Of a stretch of 64,000 bases of DNA, positions 1-9,515 are shown one piece after another (the stretch's first letter is position 1; the number at the start of each line of letters is the position of its first letter). The notes under the pieces were generated by a model. The model did no database searches. It was given only the letters and a program-made list of their open reading frames with translations, and was not told the origin of the DNA. Made by a program: the position numbers and the translations under genes. The DNA comes from Eubacteriales bacterium (GTDB lineage Bacteria > Bacillota > Clostridia > Lachnospirales > JAVBJQ01), in assembly GCA_031546905.1 (NCBI GenBank), contig JAVBJQ010000001.1:129104-193103 (forward strand), in the 5' to 3' direction.

Positions 1-275
1 ATTCCGATAATAATGATGGAGTCAATAAAGTCGCCTTCTGCGGACATCAGTGCAATAACAAAGGAAACTACCGCCGCTATTATGAGTATGATGACCATGT
101 AATCTTTCAACTGCTCAAAAAATTTTGCGATAAATGGTTTTTTCTTTTTGCCTTCAATTTGATTTTCGCCGTACTGTTCCAGTGCTTTTTTTACTTGATC
201 TTCAGTAAGCCCAGTTTGAACGTTACTGGATAAGTTTTTTATTACATCCTGCAATGTTTCCATGTACCATTTCAT
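1..275 (-). CDS. P-type cation-transporting ATPase (Ca2+/Mn2+-type), N-terminal fragment; gene continues past window start
   Basis: Hand translation from ATG 275-273 reads MKWYMETLQDVIKNLSSNVQTGLTEDQVKKALEQYGENQIEGKKKKPFIAKFFEQLKDYMVIILIIAAVVSFVIALMSAEGDFIDSIIIIG. This is the typical Cation_ATPase_N opening plus first TM helix of PMCA/SERCA-like pumps. GGAG lies just upstream (rc of 281-286). Absent from the ORF track because it is truncated. Confidence 0.8.
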   Translation of the reverse strand, partial: MKWYMETLQDVIKNLSSNVQTGLTEDQVKKALEQYGENQIEGKKKKPFIAKFFEQLKDYMVIILIIAAVVSFVIALMSAEGDFIDSIIIIG

Positions 276-299
276 ATCATCACTCCTATACAATGATTA

Positions 300-470
300 T
301 TATTAGTAAAAAAAAGACTTATATACTTATAAGTGTAAAACACTTGCAAAAGTATATAAGTCTTGTCTTTTAAGATTAAACCAGAATAAGTACCATATAA
401 AACAGTAATATTCACGATGTTGATTTAATCCCACAAAAAATTGTGGCGACTACTCCCCTATAGAGAAATA
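300..470 (-). promoter_or_regulatory. yybP-ykoY (Mn2+-type) riboswitch-like leader with intrinsic terminator, upstream of the P-type ATPase
   Basis: The minus-strand RNA reads ..AUAGGGGAGUAGUCGCCACAAUUUUUUGUGGGAUUAAAUCAACAUCG....GGUUUAAUCUUAAAAGACAAGACUUAUAUACUU... The GGGGAGUAG box is rc of 450-458. An AGACAAGAC box runs into the 5' arm of a 15-bp hairpin (364-350 pairs with 328-314), which is followed by a U-run (rc of 308-315) just ahead of the RBS. The conserved boxes are recalled from the L. lactis/B. subtilis consensus and were not checked with a covariance model. Confidence 0.6.
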
Positions 471-601
471 TATAATTAAAGTTATGATACTATGAAAAAA
501 TTATTTTGTAAATACTAAAAATTATTTTCAAACAATAATATAAAAATATCCCAAAGACAAATCCAAAATAAGAATAAAATATAAAAATAGTACAAAAATA
601 A

Positions 602-630
602 TTGACATACATGGCTAAAAAGCGTAAACT
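602..630 (+). promoter_or_regulatory. sigmaA-type promoter for the stefin-like gene
   Basis: TTGACA (602-607), 17-nt spacer, TAAACT (625-630). A perfect 12-nt palindrome GTTATCGATAAC (638-649) sits at the predicted transcript start. Confidence 0.5.
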
Positions 631-756
631 AAAATTAGTTATCGATAACGTTTACAATAATAATTTATACAAACTACTTTATTTTGTGAAAATGGAAAGT
701 TATCTGTTTTCATTAGTTGTTGTGGGAAAACCACGACAGGTGAGGGGGTATTTGTT

Positions 757-1056
757 ATGGAAGGAATTAGAGATGCAGGTGGGTATTCCGAATTTAGGAA
801 GTTAACAAGAGAAGAACAACTTATTTTTGACCAAGCATTAGAGGGGCTTGTGGGCGCAGGCTATACACCATTGTTAGTATCAACACAAGTGGTAGCGGGA
901 CTAAATTATCGTTTTTATTGTGATGCCGTGGGAATTACCAATCCTCCAATGTATTTTAACGCATACGTATATGTTTTCCGTTCTTTAGAAGGAGAAATAA
1001 AACTTACCAAAATAGCAAGAGTCGTGGAAGAAAACATAGAAGAAAGCGCAATATAA
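757..1056 (+). CDS. stefin/cystatin-like small cytoplasmic protein (putative cysteine-protease inhibitor)
   Basis: 99 aa with no signal peptide. It has an N-terminal GG (DAGGYSE), the central STQVVAGLNYRF motif (cystatin Q-x-V-x-G signature followed by NY as in stefins), and VFRSLEGE at the position of the stefin second hairpin. A GAGGGGG RBS lies 9 nt upstream of the ATG. Confidence 0.6.
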   Translation: MEGIRDAGGYSEFRKLTREEQLIFDQALEGLVGAGYTPLLVSTQVVAGLNYRFYCDAVGITNPPMYFNAYVYVFRSLEGEIKLTKIARVVEENIEESAI

Positions 1057-1090
1057 AAAAATTAAAAATACCATTGGGTACATAAAATAG

Positions 1091-1123
1091 AAAAAGGAAT
1101 CCGATACATCGGATTCCTTTTTC
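1091..1123. terminator. bidirectional intrinsic terminator between the stefin-like gene and glmM
   Basis: AAAAAGGAATCCGAT-acat-CGGATTCCTTTTT, a perfect stem with A/T runs on both sides. Confidence 0.8.
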
Positions 1124-1132
1124 TATTTTATA

Positions 1133-2482
1133 TTATTTCAATCGTTCTTCCATTAATGCGGCTAATTTTTCAGCGGCTTTTTGCATTTCTTCTTTGTTTC
1201 TGCCTTCGATCATCACACGGATTTTTGGTTCTGTTCCTGAAACACGAATAAGAACACGGCCTTCACCGGAAAATTGCTGGTCTAATAAATTCATTTCTTT
1301 TTTAATTTCATCATCAAGGAGGTAGTCATCTTTTTTTGCATTGCTAACGTTGGCGTTTACTAGAACTTGTGGTAAAACTTCCATGCAGGAAGCTAGCTCT
1401 GATAATTTTTTGCCTGTTTTCTTCATAATAGAAAGAATTTGAAGGGCTGTTAAAACGCCGTCACCTGTGGTGTTGTGTTCTAAAAAGATAACATGACCTG
1501 ATTGTTCTCCACCAAGAATATAGTGGTCTTCAATCATTTTTTCAAGAACATATCGGTCGCCAACTTTTGTTTGTGCTACGTGGATGTCATTTTTTTCAGC
1601 CATTTGGAAGAAGCCCAAATTACTCATAACAGTTGCAACCACTGTGTTGTTTGTTAGTTTTCCTTCTTGTTTTAAGAAGTTAGCACAAATCGCCATCATT
1701 TGGTCGCCGTCCACTAAATTTCCGTTTTCATCAATACAAAGGCATCTGTCAGCATCCCCATCAAATGCAAAACCAACAGCCGCTTTTGAAGTTTTAACAA
1801 ACGCCATTAAATCTTCCATGTGGGTAGAACCGCATTTTTCGTTGATATTTAAGCCATCAGGTTCGTTGTGGATAACACAAGTTTCTGCATTTAACTCTGA
1901 GAAAATAATAGGAGCTACTTTGTAAGAAGCGCCATTCGCACAGTCCAGTGCCACTGTTAAGCCGTCAAACTTTACATCAACGGTTGTTTTTAAAAATGCT
2001 AAATAATCGTCAAGGGCTTCTTCTACTAAAACCCTGTTGCCTACTAATTTTCCTTCAGGACGAGGAAGGGTGTCTAATTTATTGAACATCACATCTTCGA
2101 TTTCATCTTCTAAATCATCTCTTAATTTATAGCCTTCGTTATTAAAAAATTTAATTCCGTTATATTCCACAGGATTGTGAGAAGCTGAAATCATAACGCC
2201 AGCATCAAGGTTATATTTGCGAACAAGGTATGCAACTGCTGGTGTTGGAACTACCTCAACAGAGAAAGCATGAGCCCCAACAGAACAAATTCCTGCAATA
2301 AGTGCCGCTTCTAACATATCCCCAGAAATTCTGGTATCCATTCCAACTAAAATTTTTGCTGCGTGATGTGTTTCTTTTGTAAGGACATGAGCGCCAGCTC
2401 TACCTAAGTTATAAACCAGTTCGGGAGTAAGTTCTGTATTTGCAACGCCTCTTACACCATCTGTTCCGAATAATCTTCCCAT
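1133..2482 (-). CDS. glmM: phosphoglucosamine mutase
   Basis: MGRLFGTDGVRGVAN..., active-site region ISASHNP, and full-length alpha-D-phosphohexomutase architecture. Start set at ATG 2482 with a GGAGGT RBS (rc of 2489-2494). The longer track ORF start has no RBS. Confidence 0.92.
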   Translation of the reverse strand: MGRLFGTDGVRGVANTELTPELVYNLGRAGAHVLTKETHHAAKILVGMDTRISGDMLEAALIAGICSVGAHAFSVEVVPTPAVAYLVRKYNLDAGVMISASHNPVEYNGIKFFNNEGYKLRDDLEDEIEDVMFNKLDTLPRPEGKLVGNRVLVEEALDDYLAFLKTTVDVKFDGLTVALDCANGASYKVAPIIFSELNAETCVIHNEPDGLNINEKCGSTHMEDLMAFVKTSKAAVGFAFDGDADRCLCIDENGNLVDGDQMMAICANFLKQEGKLTNNTVVATVMSNLGFFQMAEKNDIHVAQTKVGDRYVLEKMIEDHYILGGEQSGHVIFLEHNTTGDGVLTALQILSIMKKTGKKLSELASCMEVLPQVLVNANVSNAKKDDYLLDDEIKKEMNLLDQQFSGEGRVLIRVSGTEPKIRVMIEGRNKEEMQKAAEKLAALMEERLK

Positions 2483-2692
2483 TTTGAACCTCCAAATTTT
2501 AACGATACAACATTGGTTATAATACACCAACGTAATAGATCGATTAGTGCAGTTTAATAAAACTGCTGTAATAGTAATATTATATACTCAAAATAAATTA
2601 AATTCAATATTTTGGATATATGAATCGTAATATTTTTAACATGACGTTGAAAGTTGGGGAATTTTTTCAAGCACAGAATGGTAGCATAAAGA

Positions 2693-3424
2693 TTATAAAA
2701 TGTCAGTACAGAGGGCATACCAACGGGAACATTCTTTTGTTTTCACAAACCCTACGGTTTCATATAATTTTTTTGCTTTTATATTCATAGAGGAAACTTT
2801 TAAAAAAACATTTGGGTATTGCAAGTCAGCAAGTTCATTTAGTATTTTAAAAAGAAAGTCCTTGCCTAAACCAACTCCATGAAATGGTGTTAAAATCCCA
2901 AAGGAAGAAATTTGAGGTATTTTTTCTTCAAAGGAAATTTCAGAAATTCCAAGGGCAGTATGATCTTGAAATGCAATAAAGCATTTGAAATAAAGTTTAT
3001 TTAAAAGTCGTGGGATTTCATCTTCTCCATAAGTGGCACCATTTGGTACATGAAAAAATATTTCATTATACAATTTTAAAAATAGGGGGGCGTTATGTTC
3101 ATTGATTTCTTGTAAAATTATTGTTGGGGAAGTAGGTGCTTTTTTTGAAAGGATTTCCATCTCCTCTATTGTATGCAAAAATGGATAATGAAACTGATTG
3201 GTTATGATTTCATTTTCTGAAAGTTTGATGGAGGTTTCTTTTAGGGTTAAAAATATTTCGGTTGCACCTGCTTCTATACTATACGATGTGGCTAAATCAA
3301 TAAGATCATTTAAGTTTTGTTGGGTGCATTTTTCAATGATAATGTACACTTTTCCTTTTGGTGCTAACTCTGACAGTATTATCCTTCCAGTAGCTCCATT
3401 TAATTGAATATGTTTCTCGTTCAT
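2693..3424 (-). CDS. GNAT-family N-acetyltransferase-like protein
   Basis: The C-terminal half has a GNAT motif A-like segment (FGILTPFHGVGLGKDFLFKILNE...KAKKLYETVGF). A GGAGG RBS is present. The N-terminal half is unassigned. Confidence 0.55.
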   Translation of the reverse strand: MNEKHIQLNGATGRIILSELAPKGKVYIIIEKCTQQNLNDLIDLATSYSIEAGATEIFLTLKETSIKLSENEIITNQFHYPFLHTIEEMEILSKKAPTSPTIILQEINEHNAPLFLKLYNEIFFHVPNGATYGEDEIPRLLNKLYFKCFIAFQDHTALGISEISFEEKIPQISSFGILTPFHGVGLGKDFLFKILNELADLQYPNVFLKVSSMNIKAKKLYETVGFVKTKECSRWYALCTDIL

Positions 3425-3466
3425 ATTTTAGCGCCTCCCATGGTATAATAATCATATAGATTTGGG

Positions 3467-4249
3467 GTGATTGAAATAGATTATTTGGTTCGGTTTATTA
3501 AAAGTGTTTATGATGACGATCTTTTTGGACTTTCAGCACAAACAGCATTTTATTTAATACTTTCTATTTTTCCACTTGCCCTCTTTATTGTTTCGATGCT
3601 CCAGCGGGTATCGGTTACAGATAATTTGCTTTTTTTAGAACCGTTTTTGCCAGAGAGCGTGCTGAAACTCCTTGAGAATACCATTACCTCCATTCCCATA
3701 GGAAAAGACTTGAAAATTATTTCTGCAATTGCCATGATTTGGGCAGCTTCCAATAGCATCTATGCGTTGATGAAAGGCGTCCACAAAGCCTATACCAATG
3801 AGCGCCTTAAATTTACCGTTAAAACCAGAGCTGTTGCTATTATTTTTACCGTGGTTTTTTCAATTGCCATTATTATTTCTTTGAGTATGTTGGTTTTATG
3901 GGAATCTATTTCACAAGGAATTGTTTTTTATTTTGGGTTTTCAACTATTTTTATTAATTTTTTTAGACATATTATTGCTATAGCAGCTATATTTTTGTTT
4001 ATTCTTGCTTTGTATTATTTTACACCAGGATATAAAATTAGGTTAAAATTTATGCTGGTTGGTTCTATTTCCTCTGCGGTGGGCTGGTTTTTTTCCTCTC
4101 AAGTGTTTGAGTTTTATATGCACACCTTTAATCAGTATTCCACCCTTTATGGAAGTATTGGAACATTTTTAGGTCTGGGGTTGTGGCTTTATATTATTAG
4201 TTTTATTGTTTTACTTGGAGCAGAAATAAATGCTTTATTTATAAAATAA
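3467..4249 (+). CDS. YihY/BrkB-family integral membrane protein
   Basis: About six TM helices and the family-typical opening (DDLFGLSAQTAFYLILSIFPLALF...) and end (LGAEINA). GTG start. Confidence 0.7.
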   Translation: MIEIDYLVRFIKSVYDDDLFGLSAQTAFYLILSIFPLALFIVSMLQRVSVTDNLLFLEPFLPESVLKLLENTITSIPIGKDLKIISAIAMIWAASNSIYALMKGVHKAYTNERLKFTVKTRAVAIIFTVVFSIAIIISLSMLVLWESISQGIVFYFGFSTIFINFFRHIIAIAAIFLFILALYYFTPGYKIRLKFMLVGSISSAVGWFFSSQVFEFYMHTFNQYSTLYGSIGTFLGLGLWLYIISFIVLLGAEINALFIK

Positions 4250-4286
4250 CCGTTGAGAAGAGTACCTTTTCAACGGTTATTTTTTA
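4246..4286. terminator. bidirectional terminator (YihY-like gene / uracil permease)
   Basis: ATAACCGTTGAGAAG-agtac-CTTTTCAACGGTTAT followed by a T-run. Confidence 0.75.
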
Positions 4287-5507
4287 TTTATTAGGAAAAA
4301 TTTTATTTAATACAATACCAATAATAGCGGCAAGGGCAATTCCCTCTACGGAAAAATGAACAGAGCCAATAGTAAACGGCAAAGAAGCACCACCAAGTCC
4401 TAACACAAGTATGGAGGCAGAGATTACCAAGTTTCTGGATTTTTTAAAGTCCACTTGATGTTCAACAAGGGTACGTGCACCAATAGAGGCAATCATACCA
4501 AATAATATAATAGAAATGCCCCCTACAATTGATTGGGGAATGGTGGAGATAAATGCACCAAGCTTTGGGATGATTCCTAAAAGAATAGCAAATACAGCTG
4601 CAATTCTAATAATTTGAGGGTTATACACTTTTGTTAAGGCAAGTACGCCTGTATTTTCTGCATAAGTAGTAGCTGCTGGGCCACCAAACATAGAGGAGAC
4701 ACAAATGGCTAAGCCATCTCCTAAAATAGTGCGATGAAGTCCAGGGGATTTTACAAAATCTTTTTCGCAAGTGGCACTAATTGCCATAATATCGCCAATA
4801 TGTTCCACCATAGTAGCAATAGCAACGGGAGCAATTACCATAACAGCCGTTAAGCTAAATTTAGCGGTTGTAAAGGCAGGAACACCAAGGAAGCCAGCTT
4901 TTGCAATAGGAGAGAAATCAATATTTCCGGTTGCCCATGCAAAAAGATATCCGCCTAATAATCCGAATAAAACGGGAAGTACTTGAAAAAATCCTTTGCC
5001 GAACACACTAACAATTACTACAATTCCAAAACTTACGCAAGCTAAGAGCCAATTGGTTTTTGCCATGTCAATGGCAACAGGTGCTAATTTTAAGCCAATT
5101 ACTAAAATAATAGGACCTGTAACAATGGGGGGGAAGAAGCTAATTACTTTTTCTACTCCAAAAATGTGAATAAGCAAGCCAAAAATAAGATAAACGATAC
5201 CTGCAACAAATATTCCACCCTGGGCATAGGCAAGACCTAGGTTTGGCATAGCCGCCACTGCCAGTGTAGGCGCAATAAAGGCAAATGAGGAACCCATAAA
5301 TGCAGGAACCCTACCACGGGTAACAAGGTGAAAAATCAAGGTAGAAATGCCAGCCATAAAAAGGGCAACAGATATGTTCATTCCCGTTAAAATGGGTACG
5401 AGAACTGTTGCGCCAAACATGGTGAAGGTGTGTTGCAAACCTAATATTACTTTCTTATAATTAGGCATAGGATCATTTGGATAGTCGTTCATGAAAACCT
5501 TAAACAT
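4284..5507 (-). CDS. uracil/xanthine permease (NCS2 family)
   Basis: LGLQHTFTMFGATVLVP and AENTGVLALTKV motifs with about 12 TM helices. Start moved to ATG 5507 (GGAG 8 nt upstream), because the track's N-terminal extension runs through the promoter at 5554-5582. Confidence 0.85.
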   Translation of the reverse strand: MFKVFMNDYPNDPMPNYKKVILGLQHTFTMFGATVLVPILTGMNISVALFMAGISTLIFHLVTRGRVPAFMGSSFAFIAPTLAVAAMPNLGLAYAQGGIFVAGIVYLIFGLLIHIFGVEKVISFFPPIVTGPIILVIGLKLAPVAIDMAKTNWLLACVSFGIVVIVSVFGKGFFQVLPVLFGLLGGYLFAWATGNIDFSPIAKAGFLGVPAFTTAKFSLTAVMVIAPVAIATMVEHIGDIMAISATCEKDFVKSPGLHRTILGDGLAICVSSMFGGPAATTYAENTGVLALTKVYNPQIIRIAAVFAILLGIIPKLGAFISTIPQSIVGGISIILFGMIASIGARTLVEHQVDFKKSRNLVISASILVLGLGGASLPFTIGSVHFSVEGIALAAIIGIVLNKIFPNK

Positions 5508-5553
5508 AGGGAATTCTCCAATTCTAAAATTTTTTATTTTTTTATCTTTAGGG

Positions 5554-5582
5554 ATTTTATAGTGCCTTATGACAATTGTCAA
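5554..5582 (-). promoter_or_regulatory. sigmaA-type promoter for the uracil permease gene
   Basis: On the minus strand: TTGACA (rc of 5577-5582), 17 nt, TAAAAT (rc of 5554-5559). Confidence 0.55.
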
Positions 5583-5592
5583 CTATTTTCCA

Positions 5593-5626
5593 CAAAAAAA
5601 GACTGTCCACCACGGACAGCCTTTTT
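5593..5626 (-). terminator. intrinsic terminator after deoB
   Basis: The minus strand reads AAAAAGGCTGTCC-gtggt-GGACAGTCTTTTTTT. Confidence 0.75.
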
Positions 5627-5637
5627 CAAACTTCTTA

Positions 5638-6834
5638 TTATTCAATGATGGGGGACACAATCTCCCCAAGGAAGCTTTCCCCTTTTACATCGGTTAAAAG
5701 TCCCAAATAGTCAGCAATGGTAGCGGCTAAATCTCCAAAAGAACTTCTTGTTCCCAAGTTAAGCCCAGCATGAATGTTTTTTCCATAAACCAAAAGGGGA
5801 ACGTGTTCCCTTGAATGGTCAGTGCTGGCAGTGGTAGGGTCGCAACCATGGTCTGCGGTAATAAATAATAAATCGTCATATTTCATTTCTTTTATTATTT
5901 CTGGTAGCTTAGCATCGAAATACATTAAAGCATCAGAAAATCCAGTAGGATTGTTTCGATGACCATAAAGCATATCGAAGTCAACTAAATTGGTAAAAAT
6001 AATTTGTTGTTTTGAAAAATCCTCTTTTAAGCAGTTAATGGTTGCAGCAATTCCTTCTGCATTATCTTTGGTGTGGATTGCTTTTGTAACACCACGTCCC
6101 GCAAAAATATCTTCGATTTTTCCCACTGCGACAACATCATAGTTTGCTTCTTTGGCATAATCAAGTAATGTCTTGCCAGTTGGTTCTAAAGAAAAGTCGT
6201 GTCTATTTTTGGTTCTGGTGTAAGCATCAGTGGTTCCTGTAAATGGCCTTGCAATTACCCTTGAAATGTTGTGTTCCCCTGTTAACATTTCTCTTGCCAC
6301 AGCACACATTTTGTAAAGTTCGTCAATACTAATCACATCTTCATGAGCTGCAATTTGAAAAACGCTATCGGCAGAAGTATACACAATAGGCTTTCCTGTT
6401 TTCACGTGTTCATCGCCTAAACGCTCAATAATTTCAGTTCCAGATGCAACACAATTGCCTAAAACTTCTCTACCGATTTTTTCGCAAAACGGTTTTAAAA
6501 TTTCATCAGGGAAACCATTTGGATAAGTAGGAAAGGCTTCGTCAATTGTAATGCCGGCAATTTCCCAGTGACCTGTTGTCGTGTCTTTTCCTTTTGATTT
6601 TTCTGCCATTTTTCCGTAACAGCCCGTTACAGTCTGTGCTTTTTCAAACAAATTTTCTCCGTCAATATGGCCTAAACCTAAAGCGCTCATATTACTTAAC
6701 ATGGTGGAAGGAACCATTTTTTTAATATTCATTAATGTGTTGCTTCCTTCGTCATGGTAAAAATTAGCATCGGGAAGTTCGCCTATTCCAACGCCGTCTA
6801 ACACGATAATTATAGCTCGTCTCATGATCATCAT
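5638..6834 (-). CDS. deoB: phosphopentomutase
   Basis: The [19 protein letters not shown] opening, the DHGCDPT metal-binding motif and the length (398 aa) match phosphopentomutase. Confidence 0.9.
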   Translation of the reverse strand: MMIMRRAIIIVLDGVGIGELPDANFYHDEGSNTLMNIKKMVPSTMLSNMSALGLGHIDGENLFEKAQTVTGCYGKMAEKSKGKDTTTGHWEIAGITIDEAFPTYPNGFPDEILKPFCEKIGREVLGNCVASGTEIIERLGDEHVKTGKPIVYTSADSVFQIAAHEDVISIDELYKMCAVAREMLTGEHNISRVIARPFTGTTDAYTRTKNRHDFSLEPTGKTLLDYAKEANYDVVAVGKIEDIFAGRGVTKAIHTKDNAEGIAATINCLKEDFSKQQIIFTNLVDFDMLYGHRNNPTGFSDALMYFDAKLPEIIKEMKYDDLLFITADHGCDPTTASTDHSREHVPLLVYGKNIHAGLNLGTRSSFGDLAATIADYLGLLTDVKGESFLGEIVSPIIE

Positions 6835-7095
6835 TCCTTTTTAAATACAATTCAGATAAAAAACAGTTCAGCAGCAAATTCTCTCTAAACCATTGATATT
6901 TTCGTTTGGGGCTAAGAAAGAATCTATTTTGATTTTTACTTAAAAAACATATATTCATATCATACAGTATATATATTATTAATATAAAATCAATGAGATT
7001 TCAAAAAAAATATTGAAATAGACATATACAAATCAATATAAAAATAAAATGGAACAGAGGTAGTATAGTATCGAAAAAGAAAGGAAGTAATTTTT

Positions 7096-8274
7096 TTGAA
7101 ATATAAAGAAATTGCAATTCAATTTTTTAAGGATACATTTTTTAAAATAGAAGAAAATAATAGTCGATCTAAAAGAATACATAAAAGAAATCGAAAAAAA
7201 CAAATGGTACTATTCCTTAGTGTATTATTATTGGTAACGGTTTGTGTCACTGGGTTAAAAGTAGCAGGAAGAAATGCTGACATAACAGTGGACAAGTTTT
7301 TTAAATTGGTTACAGGAGTAAGTATAAGCAATAAAATAAGTTATATTCATTACATTATCCCGTACACCCAAATATATAGTGATATTTTAGCGGGAGGTAC
7401 AAAATTTATTTCAGAAAATGAAATTGAGCAAAGGAAGCAAGCACAAAAAAAAGCAAAGGAAAAAAACACCGATCCGTCAAGAAAAATATATACCAAAGAA
7501 AATGTAGGTGAGCTTGATGATTTTGATAAAATAAAATCAGCGTTATATACGGTGGATAGCACTGCTTTTGTAACAGCAGATGACTTGAAAATAGACATGC
7601 TTCTCGGCATGGATATGAAAATAAAGTTAGACAATCAAAAACCAAAAGTATTAATTTTTCACACTCATTCACAAGAAGCATTTAAAGACAGTCGAAGTGG
7701 AAAGAAAGAAGATACCATTGTAGGGGTGGGGGAGACACTGGCAGACATTTTGGAAAAAAAATACAACATCCCAGTGTACCATGACGAAGGGGAGTACGAC
7801 ATAAAAGATGGTGTGATGCAACGAGGAACCAGTTATGAAACAATGGAAGCTCCCATCAAAAAAATATTAGAAAAATACCCCTCCATAGAAGTATGTATTG
7901 ATTTGCACCGAGACGGCGTACCTGATAACGTGCATTTAATTACAGAAGTGGACGGAAAACCTACTGCAAAAATAATGTATTTTAATGGAATTTGTTGTGA
8001 AAATAAAAATGGACAACCAAATAAAATTTCTTACTTAGCAAATCCTTACATAAAAGAAAATTTAGCGTTTAGTCTTCAAATGCTACTGGAGACAAACGAA
8101 CTTTACCCCGATTTTGCAAAAAAAAATTACATAAAAGCATATCGATATAGTCTGCACATGAAACCAAAGTCTCTTTTAATTGAAGCCGGTGCAAACACAA
8201 ATACAGTAGGGGAAGTGAAAAATGCCATGTATCCCCTTGCAGAAGTGTTGAACAACGTCATTCACCCCCAATAG
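7096..8274 (+). CDS. spoIIP: stage II sporulation protein P
   Basis: N-terminal TM helix, then VLIFHTHSQEAF and IDLHRDG motifs characteristic of the SpoIIP family. TTG start. Confidence 0.8.
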   Translation: MKYKEIAIQFFKDTFFKIEENNSRSKRIHKRNRKKQMVLFLSVLLLVTVCVTGLKVAGRNADITVDKFFKLVTGVSISNKISYIHYIIPYTQIYSDILAGGTKFISENEIEQRKQAQKKAKEKNTDPSRKIYTKENVGELDDFDKIKSALYTVDSTAFVTADDLKIDMLLGMDMKIKLDNQKPKVLIFHTHSQEAFKDSRSGKKEDTIVGVGETLADILEKKYNIPVYHDEGEYDIKDGVMQRGTSYETMEAPIKKILEKYPSIEVCIDLHRDGVPDNVHLITEVDGKPTAKIMYFNGICCENKNGQPNKISYLANPYIKENLAFSLQMLLETNELYPDFAKKNYIKAYRYSLHMKPKSLLIEAGANTNTVGEVKNAMYPLAEVLNNVIHPQ

Positions 8275-8352
8275 CATAACTGTAAGGTTCGCATAAAAGG
8301 GCTAAATCGTAAAACAAAGTTTATTTTACGATTTAGCCCTTTTATAAAAAAA

Positions 8353-9288
8353 TTAATTACTTTTAACCGTTACATTTCCAGAACTTGCATTTAGTACAAT
8401 ATTATTTTTTGCACTAGGGGCAGTACGACCATTTAATTTATTATGTTTATCGCTTGAGGGGGTAACTGCAAAATCACAGTTAATATTTCCAGAACTGGTT
8501 TTAGCATCAATTGCAAAATTAGAATTTCTTGGCAATGTTAAATCGATGTTACCAGAGCTACAATCTAATTTAACATTATTGTTAAAATCTGCATACTGAA
8601 TATCTAATCCGCCACTAGAAGAACTTGCCTTTAGGTTTGTATGAAGTATGTCTCTCACTTTAATTTTTCCGCTGGATGCTTTTAGTTCCGCAGTGTCCGC
8701 ATCCAAAGAAGCAACATGAATCTGACCACTAGAAGCAGAAACGGCCAACTCCTTACACTTTAAAGGACTGATGTCTATACTGCCACTAGAACTGGAAATA
8801 GATACGTCACCAAGATTGGTTAGGGAAAATTCTGTAGAGCCTGAACTTGTTTGGGAACTAAAATCCCCAACAAAACTCTTTGGAACTTCAATGGTCATAT
8901 TATAGTTAAATAAATGAACGCCAACATTAGGATCCTTGTTAAATTTAATAGACAGGTTATTTCCGTTTTTACTAGCTTGATAATTTGGGGTAGCGGTAGA
9001 AGTTCCATTGATGGAAACCTTTACGTCAGTACCTGTTGTTGGAACAATAAAAAGATTTGCACTTGCAGTAATATTCATTTTAGTCACATTGTCAAGGCTA
9101 ATTACATCTGTCTTAGAAAAGGGTGAATTGTTTAGTCGCGTATATGCAAAAAAACATAATGCTAAAACTGCCAGTATGGCAACGGTAGAAAACAATCCCC
9201 TTTTACGAAATTTCTTTTTTTGTTGATTTTCTGGTTGGACTTCATTTTCATGAAATGGCTGTTGTTGATTATTCGTATTCATATTCAT
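8353..9288 (-). CDS. DUF4097-type beta-strand-repeat protein with N-terminal membrane anchor
   Basis: One TM helix followed by many SSG(S/N)I..-type repeats (SSSGSIDIS, ASSGQIHV, ASSGKIKV, SSSGGLDI, CSSGNIDL, TSSGNINC, ASSGNVTV). The start codon is uncertain (9300, 9288 or 9282). Confidence 0.65.
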   Translation of the reverse strand: MNMNTNNQQQPFHENEVQPENQQKKKFRKRGLFSTVAILAVLALCFFAYTRLNNSPFSKTDVISLDNVTKMNITASANLFIVPTTGTDVKVSINGTSTATPNYQASKNGNNLSIKFNKDPNVGVHLFNYNMTIEVPKSFVGDFSSQTSSGSTEFSLTNLGDVSISSSSGSIDISPLKCKELAVSASSGQIHVASLDADTAELKASSGKIKVRDILHTNLKASSSSGGLDIQYADFNNNVKLDCSSGNIDLTLPRNSNFAIDAKTSSGNINCDFAVTPSSDKHNKLNGRTAPSAKNNIVLNASSGNVTVKSN

Positions 9289-9515
9289 AATCTTGGTCAC
9301 ACTCCTTTTTTTTTAGAAATACGGGGGATTACTGTTATTGTCTGGAAAATATTTTGATTGATAACGAAATCATTGTTAAAAAAACAAATGACAATTCTCT
9401 CCTGCAAAAGTCTCCTTATTTCTTACAAAGTTTCTATAAAATGCTTTCAACACCTATTATTCGAAAAAAAACCAAAAAAAATTTAACAAATTTATAATAA
9501 AAAATTCATAAATAA

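Noticed and set aside
602-805. 67-aa track ORF upstream of and overlapping the stefin-like gene
   Set aside because: It begins inside the -35/-10 promoter elements, has no RBS, and has a low-complexity AT-driven composition. It is better explained as promoter plus leader.
5508-5582. N-terminal extension of the uracil permease ORF (MTIVIRHYKIPKDKK...)
   Set aside because: The extension covers a TTGACA-17-TAAAAT promoter. The internal ATG 5507 has a GGAG RBS.
9330-9450. 38-codon TTG-initiated ORF on the minus strand upstream of the DUF4097 gene
   Set aside because: It has a non-ATG start, a marginal RBS spacing and a composition indistinguishable from AT-rich intergenic DNA. Nothing else supports it.
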